A stretch of 64,000 nt of DNA from Escherichia coli (GTDB taxonomy: Bacteria > Pseudomonadota > Gammaproteobacteria > Enterobacterales > Enterobacteriaceae), in assembly GCF_003018235.1 (NCBI RefSeq), contig NZ_CP027437.1. One strand, written 5' to 3'. Shown piece by piece: positions 15,652 through 30,591 of the stretch; the stretch's first letter is position 1, and each line of letters opens with the position of its first letter. The notes under the pieces are model-generated. The model saw only the letters and a program-made list of their open reading frames with translations, did not search any database and had not been told where the DNA came from. The translations under genes and the position numbers were made by a program.

Positions 15652-18500
15652 TTGAAATACCTTGCTTCTTTTCGTACAACCCTGAAAGCCTCGCGCTACA
15701 TGTTCAGAGCATTGGCGTTAGTGCTCTGGCTGTTGATTGCTTTTTCATCCGTTTTTTACATCGTTAATGCGTTACATCAGCGAGAATCGGAAATTCGTCA
15801 GGAATTTAATCTGAGTTCCGATCAGGCTCAGCGCTTTATTCAACGCACCTCTGATGTGATGAAAGAGCTGAAGTACATAGCTGAAAATCGCTTATCGGCA
15901 GAAAACGGTGTGCTTTCCCCGCGTGGACGAGAAACGCAGACGGATGTGCCTGCGTTTGAACCGCTGTTTGCTGACTCTGATTGTTCCGCAATGAGTAACA
16001 CCTGGCGAGGCTCTCTGGAGTCATTGGCGTGGTTTATGCGCTACTGGCGCGATAATTTTTCTGCGGCTTACGATCTCAACCGGGTATTTTTAATCGGCAG
16101 CGATAACCTCTGCATGGCCAATTTCGGTCTGCGTGATATGCCAGTGGAACGCGATACCGCGTTGAAAGCGTTGCATGAACGCATCAATAAATATCGAAAT
16201 GCACCACAAGATGATAGCGGCAGTAACCTCTACTGGATCAGCGAAGGTCCGCGCCCTGGCGTCGGGTATTTTTACGCGTTGACGCCAGTTTATCTGGCGA
16301 ACCGGTTGCAGGCGCTTTTGGGTGTCGAGCAGACTATCCGGATGGAGAACTTTTTCTTACCTGGTACGTTGCCGATGGGGGTTACCATTCTTGATGAAAA
16401 TGGTCATACCCTGATTTCGCTTACCGGACCAGAAAGCAAAATTAAGGGCGATCCTCGCTGGATGCAGGAACGCTTCTGGTTTGGCTATACGGAAGGGTTC
16501 CGGGAGCTGGTGCTGAAGAAAAATCTGCCACCCTCATCGCTAAGCATCGTGTATTCGGTGCCGGTTGATAAGGTGCTGGAACGCATTCGCATGTTGATCC
16601 TTAACGCAATTTTGCTGAATGTGCTTGCCGGAGCTGCATTGTTTACTCTCGCGCGGATGTACGAGCGACGTATTTTCATTCCGGCGGAAAGCGACGCCCT
16701 GCGACTGGAAGAACATGAGCAGTTTAATCGCAAGATTGTCGCCTCCGCGCCAGTGGGTATCTGCATTTTGCGTACCGCTGATGGCGTCAATATTTTAAGT
16801 AACGAACTGGCGCATACCTATCTCAATATGCTTACGCATGAGGATCGCCAACGGCTGACACAAATTATCTGTGGGCAGCAGGTCAATTTTGTTGATGTCC
16901 TGACCAGCAACAATACCAATCTGCAAATCAGCTTCGTCCATTCGCGCTATCGTAATGAAAACGTGGCCATTTGTGTGCTGGTGGATGTTTCTTCGCGCGT
17001 GAAGATGGAAGAGTCGTTGCAGGAGATGGCACAAGCAGCGGAACAGGCGAGCCAGTCAAAATCGATGTTCCTTGCCACCGTCAGTCATGAGCTGCGAACG
17101 CCGCTGTATGGCATTATCGGTAACCTGGATCTGTTGCAAACCAAAGAGTTACCGAAAGGCGTCGATCGGCTGGTGACGGCAATGAACAACTCTTCCAGCC
17201 TGTTGTTGAAAATTATCAGCGATATTCTCGATTTCTCGAAAATTGAATCAGAACAGTTGAAGATCGAACCGCGTGAGTTTTCACCGCGTGAAGTGATGAA
17301 CCACATCACCGCCAACTATTTGCCGCTGGTGGTACGCAAGCAGCTAGGCTTGTACTGCTTTATTGAACCGGATGTGCCAGTGGCCTTAAATGGCGACCCA
17401 ATGCGTTTACAGCAGGTCATCTCCAACCTGTTGAGTAACGCCATAAAATTCACCGATACCGGCTGTATAGTTTTGCATGTTCGCGCTGATGGCGATTATC
17501 TCTCTATCCGTGTTCGCGATACCGGCGTGGGGATTCCGGCGAAAGAAGTCGTGCGCTTGTTTGATCCCTTCTTCCAGGTCGGAACGGGCGTACAGCGTAA
17601 CTTCCAGGGGACCGGTCTGGGTCTGGCGATTTGTGAAAAACTGATCAGCATGATGGACGGCGATATCTCGGTAGATTCAGAACCGGGAATGGGCAGCCAG
17701 TTTACCGTGCGTATTCCGTTGTACGGCGCTCAGTACCCGCAGAAAAAAGGCGTGGAAGGGTTGAGTGGTAAACGCTGCTGGCTGGCGGTCCGCAATGCGT
17801 CGCTCTGTCAGTTCCTGGAAACCAGTTTGCAGCGCAGCGGCATCGTCGTTACAACATACGAAGGGCAGGAACCGACTCCCGAAGATGTGTTAATTACTGA
17901 CGAGGTAGTGAGTAAAAAATGGCAGGGTAGAGCGGTAGTGACCTTCTGTCGTCGCCATATTGGTATTCCGCTGGAGAAAGCGCCAGGGGAGTGGGTACAC
18001 AGTGTGGCTGCCCCGCATGAGCTACCGGCATTGTTGGCGCGTATTTATTTGATCGAGATGGAGAGCGACGATCCTGCTAACGCTCTGCCGTTAACGGACA
18101 AAGCGGTCAGCGATAACGACGATATGATGATTCTGGTCGTGGATGATCATCCGATTAACCGGCGTCTTCTGGCAGATCAGTTGGGATCGTTGGGCTATCA
18201 ATGTAAAACCGCGAATGATGGCGTCGATGCGCTTAATGTACTTAGCAAGAATCATATTGATATCGTGCTTAGCGACGTCAACATGCCAAATATGGATGGT
18301 TACCGCTTGACGCAACGCATTCGTCAGTTGGGACTGACGTTGCCGGTAATCGGAGTAACTGCTAATGCGTTGGCTGAAGAGAAGCAGCGGTGTCTGGAGT
18401 CCGGTATGGACAGCTGCCTGTCGAAGCCGGTAACGCTGGATGTGATAAAACAGACGCTAACGGTATATGCCGAGAGGGTCAGGAAATCGCGGGATTCGTA

Positions 18501-18501
<1 letters not shown>
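15652..18501 (+). CDS. rcsC: Hybrid sensor kinase RcsC
   Basis: 949 aa with a TTG start, an H-box (SHELRTPL), an ATPase domain and a C-terminal receiver (VVDDHPINRRL...D). Confidence 0.95.
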
Positions 18502-18697
<196 letters not shown>

Positions 18698-18700
18698 TGA

Positions 18701-19351
18701 TTAGTCTTTATCTGCCGGACTTAACGTCACTGAAGAGAGATAATTCAGCAGGGCGATATCGTTCTCGACACCCAACTTCATCATCGCAGATTTCTTCTGG
18801 CTACTGATGGTTTTAATACTGCGGTTCAGCTTTTTAGCGATCTCGGTCACCAGGAAGCCTTCCGCAAACAGGCGCAGAACTTCACTCTCTTTTGGCGAGA
18901 GACGCTTGTCACCGTAACCACCAGCACTGATTTTTTCCAACAGGCGAGAAACGCTTTCCGGGGTAAATTTCTTCCCTTTCTGCAGCGCGGCGAGAGCTTT
19001 CGGCAGATCGGTCGGTGCACCTTGTTTCAGCACGATCCCTTCGATATCCAGATCCAATACCGCACTAAGAATCGCCGGGTTGTTGTTCATGGTCAGAACG
19101 ATGATCGACAGGCTTGGGAAATGGCGCTTGATGTACTTGATTAAGGTAATGCCATCGCCGTACTTATCGCCAGGCATGGAGAGATCGGTAATCAACACAT
19201 GCGCATCCAGTTTCGGCAGGTTGTTGATCAGTGCTGTAGAGTCTTCAAATTCGCCGACAACATTCACCCACTCAATTTGCTCAAGTGATTTGCGAATACC
19301 GAACAAGACTATCGGATGGTCATCGGCAATAATTACGTTCATATTGTTCAT
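18701..19351 (-). CDS. rcsB: Response regulator RcsB (LuxR/FixJ family)
   Basis: 216 aa counted from MNNMNVIIADDHP. The ORF extends 15 codons further upstream. Receiver domain plus LuxR HTH. Confidence 0.95.
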   Translation of the reverse strand: MNNMNVIIADDHPIVLFGIRKSLEQIEWVNVVGEFEDSTALINNLPKLDAHVLITDLSMPGDKYGDGITLIKYIKRHFPSLSIIVLTMNNNPAILSAVLDLDIEGIVLKQGAPTDLPKALAALQKGKKFTPESVSRLLEKISAGGYGDKRLSPKESEVLRLFAEGFLVTEIAKKLNRSIKTISSQKKSAMMKLGVENDIALLNYLSSVTLSPADKD

Positions 19352-19367
19352 GTAATAGGCTACCTTG

Positions 19368-22040
19368 CTACAGCAAGCTCTTGACATAACTGTCAATGTC
19401 GCTGATGTATTTTTCTATTCCTGGAACATCCTTTTCACGAATCAGATGTTCCAGCGTTTCACATAACTGCTTGCCGGGTACCAGATTTAGCATGGCAAAT
19501 ACGCCTTTAAGACGATGAGCCGTTTGGGCTAACGCAGCAAAGTCACTGGTTGCTGCTTCAGTATACAGCCTCTTAACATCATCCGGTACTGTGTCTACAA
19601 AGAGCGCATAATAGCCGCTGGCATGGAGTTGCGCATTTTCATCTCCGCCCAGAGGCGATTCTGTCACCTCTTCCTGCGCCAGTTGCACTTCAATTAATTG
19701 TAAGACCGCTTCCTGCATAGCGTTGCTCATATTGAAGTTGACGCACAATTGACCAGGCCCAATTTCCCGTACGCCAGACTCATCATCGCTTAAAAGCAAG
19801 CCAGAGGCAGTAAGATTAGACGGATTATCCGTTAAAAAGATATCATAATCTTGACTAATTAATCTTTCATCGGGTGTGATACAGGTTGCACCCCAATTTT
19901 CTAACTGGCGAGTGACAATATTCCGAATTTCTGCCGAAGTAACATCCACCATTACGCAGACATCATCCAGTAAACGCTCTTCTTCCTCTTCAACTTCTGG
20001 GTCAGCTGCGAGCATTTTGATATGCACAGAGTAACGTGTACCAAGCCCATCCCGCGTTTTGATGTTTAAATGACCGCCCAGTTTACGTGCCAGTTGATCG
20101 CTCAGCCAGAATGCCAGCGGGTCCGCCTTGCCATAGCGATCGTTTTGGGTCTGGTTGATAAACGGGAAGTGCAAATTATCCATTTCATGAATGCTTACGC
20201 CTTCTCCGGTGTCAAGAATGCGGAACGTCAGGCGGTCTTCGGAGGACTCATCCTGATCAACCTCAAGGGTGATTTTTCCCAATTGCGTTGAGGTCACGGC
20301 ATATTGCATCAGTAGCAGCAAAATACGTCGTAAGGCATCGCGATCGCCGCGGCGCATATCGTGTGCTTTCAGATGATTGTTAATCAGCAGTTGCAGACCT
20401 TTACGCTTGATGGCAGGCAACACTGAAGGCACAACTTCATCAATCAAATCCTGCACGGAGAACAGCACCGTCTCACTTTTCCAGCTATCGTCCGCAAGCA
20501 TGTTCGCTAACTGTATTTCATCGACCAGCCGCACCAGCACATCTGCCTGATTCGCCAGTTGTTTGCTTTCCGGGGCGTTGAGTTTAGCCGCGCTCTCTGC
20601 CAGGGACTGTGCGGGTTCTTTCAGCGCATCGCCAATGTTTTTCATAAAGGTCATCCGCCCCTGCTGGTTTTTCTCATACAGACGCTGCGCCTGCTTGAGT
20701 TTCTTGTTTACCAGCACTTCGCGATCCTGATCGCGAATAATGAAAATTTGTGTGCGCGGCGCAACCTGGCTGCGGAACATGCGGATCTCATACAGCTCGT
20801 TATTGATCGTCGCCTGAATAATCCCCTGATGCTGTTCCGCCATGGTGGTGATGTTTTGCAGATTCAAATGCGGCAGCAAATGATCGGCAATTTTGTTACT
20901 TATGACAGTGCGGTTCGATTCCTGATCGTGAACCAGCAGGCCAAGCGGCAGCAGTGAGACTATCTCTTCATTGATTGCCCGTAAAATGCGCAATTCGTTA
21001 TTGACCGCCGTGCTGGGGACGCTTTCTGTACTGCGGCTGGAGAAATGGCGGAATGTGGTATAGCCAAATAACGCCAGCGCCAGCAAACCAATGTTCAGCA
21101 GCAGTGGCAGCAGAATGTTTTGCAACGTATCCAGCAATAAGGTGCCATAAGGAACCTGCCAGACCAGGCGCATATCGGTAGAGTTGAGTGCCGAGGAGAT
21201 TTCAATCTTCGTACTGTTAAAGTGGATACTGACGCTATCCGTCCCTTCTTTCTCATTATCATTGTTTCCCGTTGCCGTCGCGTCTGGCTCAAGGCGGAAA
21301 CTGTCCAGCGGCATACCCGGTGGGATCAAATCATTAATCGGCAGATCAAAAGCCACGACCGTTGCCAGATGTCCCGGCTGGTTGAACGTGGTACGCAAGG
21401 TAAAGTAATGACCGTTCTGCCAGGCCAGGCGGCGCATGTTAGAAAAGCTTTCGCGTTCATCGAGGGCGTTGGCCTGTTGCAACATCTCTGCACGACGTGA
21501 ATCAACAATGTCGCTGACGGTCGATTCTTTAAATCCGGAGGTGAGATCTTTGAGGGGCAGGGTTGAGATCAGCACCAGACTGTTATCCTGACCATTCAGG
21601 TAATACATCGACCACGGTACATTTTCTGCGCCCCACAATGTATCCAGATAAGTGGACATCCGTTGAGTCATCTCAAGCGTTGAGTTGTCGTGAGAGCCAA
21701 AGATTAACGCTTCCGTTTTGCGGCGTGGTTTCTCCAGATAGTAGACATCCTGTTTCAGGCGCGTCTCTTGTAAACCTTCGCCGGAGGAGGGGGAGGTCGT
21801 CGCGGCAATGTTGTCGTAGATCTGCCAGGTCACGTAACGCCAGGTATCGACGCGCTTTTGGATAGCGTGGGTAATGTCGACAATCTGGTAACTTTTATCT
21901 TTCAGCCAGGCGTTAACGGCGCTTTGTACCATTACCCCCATCGTCACCAGTAACACAATGATCAACAGTAAAAAGAAGCGGGTAATGCTCCCCGGTAGGA
22001 GTGAAAAGCGGGTCGTGGCCGTTGTCTCTTTCTGACGCAT
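19368..22040 (-). CDS. rcsD: Phosphotransfer intermediate protein RcsD
   Basis: 890 aa with TM segments, a degenerate kinase-like core and a C-terminal HPt domain (AHRLKG). Confidence 0.95.
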   Translation of the reverse strand: MRQKETTATTRFSLLPGSITRFFLLLIIVLLVTMGVMVQSAVNAWLKDKSYQIVDITHAIQKRVDTWRYVTWQIYDNIAATTSPSSGEGLQETRLKQDVYYLEKPRRKTEALIFGSHDNSTLEMTQRMSTYLDTLWGAENVPWSMYYLNGQDNSLVLISTLPLKDLTSGFKESTVSDIVDSRRAEMLQQANALDERESFSNMRRLAWQNGHYFTLRTTFNQPGHLATVVAFDLPINDLIPPGMPLDSFRLEPDATATGNNDNEKEGTDSVSIHFNSTKIEISSALNSTDMRLVWQVPYGTLLLDTLQNILLPLLLNIGLLALALFGYTTFRHFSSRSTESVPSTAVNNELRILRAINEEIVSLLPLGLLVHDQESNRTVISNKIADHLLPHLNLQNITTMAEQHQGIIQATINNELYEIRMFRSQVAPRTQIFIIRDQDREVLVNKKLKQAQRLYEKNQQGRMTFMKNIGDALKEPAQSLAESAAKLNAPESKQLANQADVLVRLVDEIQLANMLADDSWKSETVLFSVQDLIDEVVPSVLPAIKRKGLQLLINNHLKAHDMRRGDRDALRRILLLLMQYAVTSTQLGKITLEVDQDESSEDRLTFRILDTGEGVSIHEMDNLHFPFINQTQNDRYGKADPLAFWLSDQLARKLGGHLNIKTRDGLGTRYSVHIKMLAADPEVEEEEERLLDDVCVMVDVTSAEIRNIVTRQLENWGATCITPDERLISQDYDIFLTDNPSNLTASGLLLSDDESGVREIGPGQLCVNFNMSNAMQEAVLQLIEVQLAQEEVTESPLGGDENAQLHASGYYALFVDTVPDDVKRLYTEAATSDFAALAQTAHRLKGVFAMLNLVPGKQLCETLEHLIREKDVPGIEKYISDIDSYVKSLL

Positions 22041-22351
22041 TCGTGTTTATGACCTGTTAAAACTTCGCGAAGTGATAGGGCAGTATAAAGGGTACAGTGT
22101 GAAATTCCAGACTCTTACCTGATTGATGATTTTCTATTCTCCCGTGATATTTATCATCCTGCATTGGGGGAAATAGATGTACAAGCGCCATTTTGCTGTA
22201 CAAATAACCTACAAAAAGCCCAACGAAATTAATTGCAAATAAACGAAGATTGCTGGAAATTATGCTGATGTTAATTATTTGTGAAATAGTTAACAAGCGT
22301 TATAGTTTTTCTGTGGTAGCACAGAATAATGAAAAGTGTGTAAAGAAGGGT

Positions 22352-22444
22352 AAAAAAAACCGGATGCGAGGCATCCGGTTGAAATAGGGGTAAACAGACA
22401 TTCAGAAATGAATGACGGTAATAAATAAAGTTAATGATGATAGC
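22352..22444 (-). ncRNA. micF: MicF antisense sRNA
   Basis: The minus strand reads GCTATCATCATTAACTTTATTTATTACCGTCATTCATTTCTGAATGTCTGTTTACCCCTATTTCAACCGGATGCCTCGCATCCGGTTTTTTTT. This is the micF sequence, ending in its terminator hairpin, and it diverges from ompC. Confidence 0.9.
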
Positions 22445-22598
22445 GGGAGTTATTCTAGTTGCGAGTGAAGGTTTTGTTTTGACATTCAGTGCTGTCAAAT
22501 ACTTAAGAATAAGTTATTGATTTTAACCTTGAATTATTATTGCTTGATGTTAGGTGCTTATTTCGCCATTCCGCAATAATCTTAAAAAGTTCCCTTCT

Positions 22599-22660
22599 AT
22601 TTACATTTTGAAACATCTATAGCGATAAATGAAACATCTTAAAAGTTTTAGTATCATATT
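22599..22660 (+). promoter_or_regulatory. OmpR-binding region (C1-C3 boxes) and ompC promoter
   Basis: Tandem TTTACATTTTGAAACATCTA / GAAACATCTTAAAAGTTTTAGTATCAT motifs lie about 120-180 bp upstream of the ompC ATG, matching the known OmpR box pattern (GAAACA/TTTACA repeats). Confidence 0.6.
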
Positions 22661-22763
22661 CGTGTTGGATTATTCTGCATTTTTGGGGAGAATGGACTTG
22701 CCGACTGATTAATGAGGGTTAATCAGTATGCAGTGGCATAAAAAAGCAAATAAAGGCATATAA

Positions 22764-23906
<1,143 letters not shown>

Positions 23907-23925
23907 TCTCGATGGATATCGAACA

Positions 23926-23948
23926 AAGGGCCTGCTGGCCCTTTTTTC
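23926..23948 (+). terminator. Rho-independent terminator of ompC
   Basis: GGGCC-TGCT-GGCCC hairpin followed by TTTTTT, 20 nt after the stop. Confidence 0.7.
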
Positions 23949-24017
23949 ATTGTTTTCAGCGTACAAACACAGTTTTTTGGTGTACTCTTGCGACCGTTCG
24001 CATGAGGATAATCACGT

Positions 24018-25073
24018 ATGGAAATAAGCTTTACCCGCGTGGCACTGCTGGCTGCCGCGCTCTTCTTTGTTGGTTGCGATCAAAAACCACAACCCGCCAA
24101 AACCCACGCTACTGAAGTTACCGTCCTTGAAGGCAAAACTATGGGTACCTTCTGGCATGCCAGCATTCCGGGCATTGACGCCAAACGCAGTGCCGAACTT
24201 AAAGAAAAGATTCAAACCCAGCTGGACGCCGACGATCAGCTGCTTTCGACCTATAAAAAAGATTCCGCGCTGATGCGATTTAACGACTCGCAAAGTTTAT
24301 CGCCGTGGCCGGTAAGTGAAGCGATGGCCGATATCGTCACTACCTCGCTACGCATTGGCGCGAAGACCGATGGCGCGATGGATATAACCGTCGGGCCGCT
24401 GGTGAATCTGTGGGGTTTCGGTCCGGAACAACAGCCGGTTCAAATTCCGAGCCAGGAACAGATCGATGCGATGAAAGCCAAAACCGGCTTACAGCACCTG
24501 ACGGTGATTAATCAGTCCCACCAGCAATATCTGCAAAAAGACCTGCCGGATTTATATGTCGATCTCTCTACCGTCGGTGAAGGTTATGCGGCGGATCACC
24601 TGGCACGCTTGATGGAGCAGGAAGGGATTTCCCGCTATCTGGTGTCGGTGGGCGGCGCGCTGAACAGCCGTGGTATGAACGGTGCAGGCCAGCCGTGGCG
24701 GGTAGCGATTCAAAAACCAACCGATCAGGAAAATGCGGTTCAGGCGGTGGTGGATATCAACGGTCATGGCATTAGCACCTCTGGCAGCTACCGTAACTAT
24801 TACGAACTGGACGGCAAACGTCTTTCCCATGTTATCGATCCGCAAACCGGGCGTCCCATCGAACACAATCTGGTATCCGTGACGGTGATTGCTCCGACGG
24901 CGCTGGAAGCCGATGCCTGGGATACTGGCTTGATGGTACTCGGGCCGGAGAAAGCCAAAGAGGTTGTTCGCCGGGAAGGGCTGGCGGTTTATATGATCAC
25001 CAAAGAAGACGATAGCTTTAAAACCTGGATGTCACCACAGTTTAAAAGCTTCCTTGTCAGCGAAAAAAATTAA
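24018..25073 (+). CDS. apbE: FAD:protein FMN transferase (lipoprotein ApbE)
   Basis: 351 aa with a lipobox (LFFVGC). ApbE family sequence, positioned after ompC. Confidence 0.9.
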   Translation: MEISFTRVALLAAALFFVGCDQKPQPAKTHATEVTVLEGKTMGTFWHASIPGIDAKRSAELKEKIQTQLDADDQLLSTYKKDSALMRFNDSQSLSPWPVSEAMADIVTTSLRIGAKTDGAMDITVGPLVNLWGFGPEQQPVQIPSQEQIDAMKAKTGLQHLTVINQSHQQYLQKDLPDLYVDLSTVGEGYAADHLARLMEQEGISRYLVSVGGALNSRGMNGAGQPWRVAIQKPTDQENAVQAVVDINGHGISTSGSYRNYYELDGKRLSHVIDPQTGRPIEHNLVSVTVIAPTALEADAWDTGLMVLGPEKAKEVVRREGLAVYMITKEDDSFKTWMSPQFKSFLVSEKN

Positions 25074-25079
25074 AGCGCA
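25072..25079 (+). promoter_or_regulatory. Ada box of the ada-alkB promoter
   Basis: AAT-TAAAGCGCA (AAAGCGCA core) about 70 bp upstream of the ada ATG. This is the known methylated-Ada binding motif. Confidence 0.6.
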
Positions 25080-25146
25080 AGATTGTTGGTTTTTGCGTGA
25101 TGGTGACCGGGCAGACTAAAGGCTATCCTTAACCAAGGAGCTGATT

Positions 25147-26211
25147 ATGAAAAACGCCACATGCTTAACTGACGATCAACGCTGGCAATCTGTCTTAGCC
25201 CGCGACCCGAATGCCGACGGCGAATTCGTTTTCGCCGTGCGCACCACGGGTATCTTTTGCCGTCCGTCTTGCCGCGCCAGACATGCCTTGCGGGAAAATG
25301 TCTCCTTCTACGCAAATGCCAGCGAGGCACTCGCCGCCGGATTTCGCCCCTGCAAACGTTGTCAGCCAGACAAAGCCAATCCCCGGCAACATCGCCTTGA
25401 TAAAATTACCCACGCCTGCCGACTGCTGGAACAGGAAACGCCTGTAACGCTGGAGGCCTTAGCCGATCAGGTGGCGATGAGTCCGTTCCATCTGCATCGA
25501 TTGTTTAAAGCCACCACCGGGATGACACCGAAAGCCTGGCAACAGGCCTGGCGCGCTCGCCGTTTGCGCGAGTCGTTAGCGAAAGGGGAGAGCGTGACTA
25601 CATCTATTCTTAACGCCGGATTCCCCGACAGCAGCAGTTACTACCGCAAAGCCGACGAAACGCTGGGCATGACGGCTAAACAATTCCGTCACGGTGGCGA
25701 AAATCTGGCGGTGCGTTACGCGCTGGCTGATTGTGAGCTGGGCCGTTGCCTGGTGGCAGAAAGCGAGCGGGGGATTTGCGCGATATTGCTGGGCGATGAT
25801 GACGCGACACTAATCAGCGAGTTGCAGCAGATGTTTCCCGCTGCCGACAAAGCGCCTGCCGATCTGACGTTTCAGCAACATGTGCGTGAAGTGATCGCCA
25901 GCCTCAATCAACGCGATACGCCGCTGACGTTACCGCTGGATATTCGCGGCACTGCTTTTCAGCAACAAGTCTGGCAGGCACTGCGCACGATACCTTGTGG
26001 TGAAACCGTCAGTTATCAGCAACTGGCGAACGCCATCGGCAAACCGAAAGCGGTACGTGCCGTTGCCAGCGCCTGTGCCGCCAACAAGCTGGCTATCATA
26101 ATACCCTGTCATCGGGTGGTCCGTGGTGATGGCACACTTTCCGGTTACCGCTGGGGCGTGTCGCGCAAAGCGCAACTGCTGCGCCGCGAAGTTGAAAATG
26201 AGGAGAGGTAA
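25147..26211 (+). CDS. ada: Bifunctional Ada regulator / O6-methylguanine-DNA methyltransferase
   Basis: 354 aa with an N-terminal Zn-Cys cluster (CRPSC...CKRC), an AraC HTH and a C-terminal PCHRV active site. Confidence 0.95.
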   Translation: MKNATCLTDDQRWQSVLARDPNADGEFVFAVRTTGIFCRPSCRARHALRENVSFYANASEALAAGFRPCKRCQPDKANPRQHRLDKITHACRLLEQETPVTLEALADQVAMSPFHLHRLFKATTGMTPKAWQQAWRARRLRESLAKGESVTTSILNAGFPDSSSYYRKADETLGMTAKQFRHGGENLAVRYALADCELGRCLVAESERGICAILLGDDDATLISELQQMFPAADKAPADLTFQQHVREVIASLNQRDTPLTLPLDIRGTAFQQQVWQALRTIPCGETVSYQQLANAIGKPKAVRAVASACAANKLAIIIPCHRVVRGDGTLSGYRWGVSRKAQLLRREVENEER

Positions 26212-26861
26212 TGTTGGATCTGTTTGCCGATGCTGAACCGTGGCAAGAGCCACTGGCGGCTGGAGCGGTGATTTTACGGCGTTTTGCTTTTAACGCTGCG
26301 GAGCAACTGATCCGCGATATTAATGATGTTGCCAGCCAGTCGCCGTTTCGCCAGATGGTCACTCCAGGCGGATATACCATGTCGGTGGCGATGACCAACT
26401 GTGGGCATCTGGGCTGGACGACCCATCGGCAAGGTTATCTCTATTCGCCCATTGATCCGCAAACAAATAAACCGTGGCCCGCCATGCCACAAAGCTTTCA
26501 TGATTTATGTCAACGTGCGGCTACGGCGGCGGGCTATCCAGATTTCCAGCCAGATGCTTGTCTTATCAACCGCTACGCTCCTGGCGCGAAACTGTCGCTG
26601 CATCAGGATAAAGACGAACCGGATCTGCGCGCGCCGATTGTTTCTGTTTCTCTGGGCTTACCCGCGATTTTTCAATTTGGCGGCCTGAAACGAAATGATC
26701 CGCTAAAACGTTTGTTGTTGGAACATGGCGATGTGGTGGTATGGGGCGGTGAATCGCGGCTGTTTTATCATGGCATTCAACCGTTGAAAGCGGGGTTTCA
26801 TCCACTCGCCGGCGACTGCCGCTACAACCTGACATTCCGGCAGGCAGGTAAAAAAGAATAA
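26211..26861 (+). CDS. alkB: Alpha-ketoglutarate/Fe(II)-dependent DNA dioxygenase AlkB
   Basis: 216 aa. The start overlaps the ada stop. HxD...H iron ligands are present (LHQDKDE ... FYHGI). Confidence 0.95.
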   Translation: MLDLFADAEPWQEPLAAGAVILRRFAFNAAEQLIRDINDVASQSPFRQMVTPGGYTMSVAMTNCGHLGWTTHRQGYLYSPIDPQTNKPWPAMPQSFHDLCQRAATAAGYPDFQPDACLINRYAPGAKLSLHQDKDEPDLRAPIVSVSLGLPAIFQFGGLKRNDPLKRLLLEHGDVVVWGGESRLFYHGIQPLKAGFHPLAGDCRYNLTFRQAGKKE

Positions 26862-26936
26862 AAATAAGAATTATTATTGCTGTGTGCGCGAAGATGTTTA
26901 AACTGCGGGCTGTAATTCATTGTCCGGGTTTTCTGC

Positions 26937-28580
26937 ATGGAACTTCTTGTACTTGTCTGGCGGCAGTATCGCTGGCCATTTATCAGTGTGATGGCGCTAA
27001 GCCTCGCCAGTGCGGCTTTAGGCATTGGCTTAATTGCTTTTATCAATCAGCGCCTTATCGAAACGGCGGATACCAGTCTGCTGGTGTTGCCGGAGTTTCT
27101 GGGATTATTGCTGCTGTTGATGGCAGTCACTCTCGGATCGCAACTGGCGCTCACCACTTTGGGGCATCACTTCGTTTACCGACTGCGTAGTGAATTTATC
27201 AAGCGGATTCTTGATACTCACGTCGAGCGCATTGAACAACTCGGTAGCGCCTCGTTGCTGGCGGGATTAACCAGCGATGTGCGCAATATCACCATTGCTT
27301 TTGTGCGTCTGCCGGAACTGGTGCAGGGGATCATCCTCACTATCGGTTCCGCGGCGTACTTGTGGATGCTGTCGGGCAAAATGTTGCTGGTAACGGCTAT
27401 CTGGATGGCAGTCACCATCTGGGGCGGTTTTATACTGGTGGCGCGGGTGTACAAACATATGGCGACCCTGCGTGAAACCGAAGATAAGCTGTACACGGAT
27501 TTTCAAACCGTACTCGAAGGGCGCAAAGAGCTGACTCTGAACCGTGAACGCGCCGAGTATGTGTTTAACAACCTCTACATTCCTGATGCGCAAGAGTATC
27601 GCCATCATATTATCCGCGCAGACACCTTCCATCTTAGTGCCGTGAACTGGTCAAACATCATGATGCTGGGCGCAATCGGCCTGGTGTTCTGGATGGCGAA
27701 CAGTCTCGGTTGGGCTGATACCAACGTTGCCGCGACCTATTCGTTGACGCTGTTATTCCTGCGTACGCCGCTGCTTTCGGCGGTTGGCGCATTACCGACG
27801 CTGCTGACGGCGCAGGTGGCGTTTAACAAGCTGAACAAATTCGCGCTCGCACCTTTCAAAGCAGAGTTTCCACGCCCACAGGCGTTTCCCAACTGGCAAA
27901 CGCTGGAGCTGCGTAACGTGACGTTTGCTTATCAGGATAATGCGTTTTCCGTTGGGCCGATTAACCTCACCATTAAACGTGGCGAGCTGCTGTTTCTGAT
28001 TGGTGGCAACGGTAGTGGAAAATCGACGCTGGCGATGTTGCTGACGGGCTTGTATCAGCCACAAAGCGGCGAAATCTTGCTGGATGGCAACCCTGTCAGC
28101 GGCGAACAACCGGAAGATTATCGCAAACTGTTTTCGGCAGTGTTTACCGATGTCTGGCTGTTTGATCAACTGCTGGGGCCGGAGGGGCAACCCGCTAACC
28201 CGCAACTGGTTGAGAAGTGGCTGGCGCAGCTGAAAATGGCTCATAAGCTTGAGTTAAGTAACGGGCGTATTGTTAACCTGAAGTTATCGAAAGGGCAGAA
28301 AAAACGCGTGGCGCTGTTGCTGGCGCTGGCAGAAGAACGCGATATTATCCTGCTGGATGAATGGGCGGCGGATCAGGATCCACACTTCCGTCGTGAGTTT
28401 TATCAGGTGCTGCTGCCGCTGATGCAGGAGATGGGTAAAACGATTTTCGCCATCAGTCATGATGATCATTACTTTATCCACGCTGACCGCCTGCTGGAAA
28501 TGCGCAACGGGCTACTTAGCGAGCTGATAGGCGAAGAGCGCGATGCTGCTTCGCGTGATGCCGTTGCCCGGACGGCATAA
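26937..28580 (+). CDS. yojI: ABC transporter permease/ATPase YojI (microcin J25 efflux)
   Basis: 547 aa with an N-terminal 6-TM domain plus Walker A (GGNGSGKST), an ABC signature (LSKGQ) and Walker B (ILLDE). Confidence 0.9.
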   Translation: MELLVLVWRQYRWPFISVMALSLASAALGIGLIAFINQRLIETADTSLLVLPEFLGLLLLLMAVTLGSQLALTTLGHHFVYRLRSEFIKRILDTHVERIEQLGSASLLAGLTSDVRNITIAFVRLPELVQGIILTIGSAAYLWMLSGKMLLVTAIWMAVTIWGGFILVARVYKHMATLRETEDKLYTDFQTVLEGRKELTLNRERAEYVFNNLYIPDAQEYRHHIIRADTFHLSAVNWSNIMMLGAIGLVFWMANSLGWADTNVAATYSLTLLFLRTPLLSAVGALPTLLTAQVAFNKLNKFALAPFKAEFPRPQAFPNWQTLELRNVTFAYQDNAFSVGPINLTIKRGELLFLIGGNGSGKSTLAMLLTGLYQPQSGEILLDGNPVSGEQPEDYRKLFSAVFTDVWLFDQLLGPEGQPANPQLVEKWLAQLKMAHKLELSNGRIVNLKLSKGQKKRVALLLALAEERDIILLDEWAADQDPHFRREFYQVLLPLMQEMGKTIFAISHDDHYFIHADRLLEMRNGLLSELIGEERDAASRDAVARTA

Positions 28581-28785
28581 TATTACGACGCTGACCTGGC
28601 GGACTGCTGCCGCCAGGTTAATATGCTAAAAATCCCTTCATTTCTAATAACCCTATAATTAATCAACGAAATTATAATGTTTCTAAAATTAGAATATAAT
28701 TTATAAACATTATTTAAATGTTGTTACTTAAGTGTTACCGTTGATGCCGCGCAAATCTCACCTGCAATAAAGCGACTAAAAGTAA

Positions 28786-30444
<1,659 letters not shown>

Positions 30445-30447
30445 TGA

Positions 30448-30575
30448 TGTGCCACATCCGGCATGGTATGCCGGATGTGGCGTATGCTGATAAGACGCGC
30501 CAGCGTCGCATCAGGCAACCGGCTCGGGCGTTGGATCGGATGCGGCGTGACCGCCTTATTCGGCCTACGGGTTGC
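30448..30575. repeat. Terminator hairpin plus REP-like elements between convergent mqo and eco
   Basis: GCCACATCCGGCATGGTATGCCGGATGTGGC hairpin followed by REP-type GCGTCGCATCAGGC / GGATGCGGCGTGA...CGGCCTAC motifs. Confidence 0.7.
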
Positions 30576-30591
30576 AGCACTTCACAGTAGT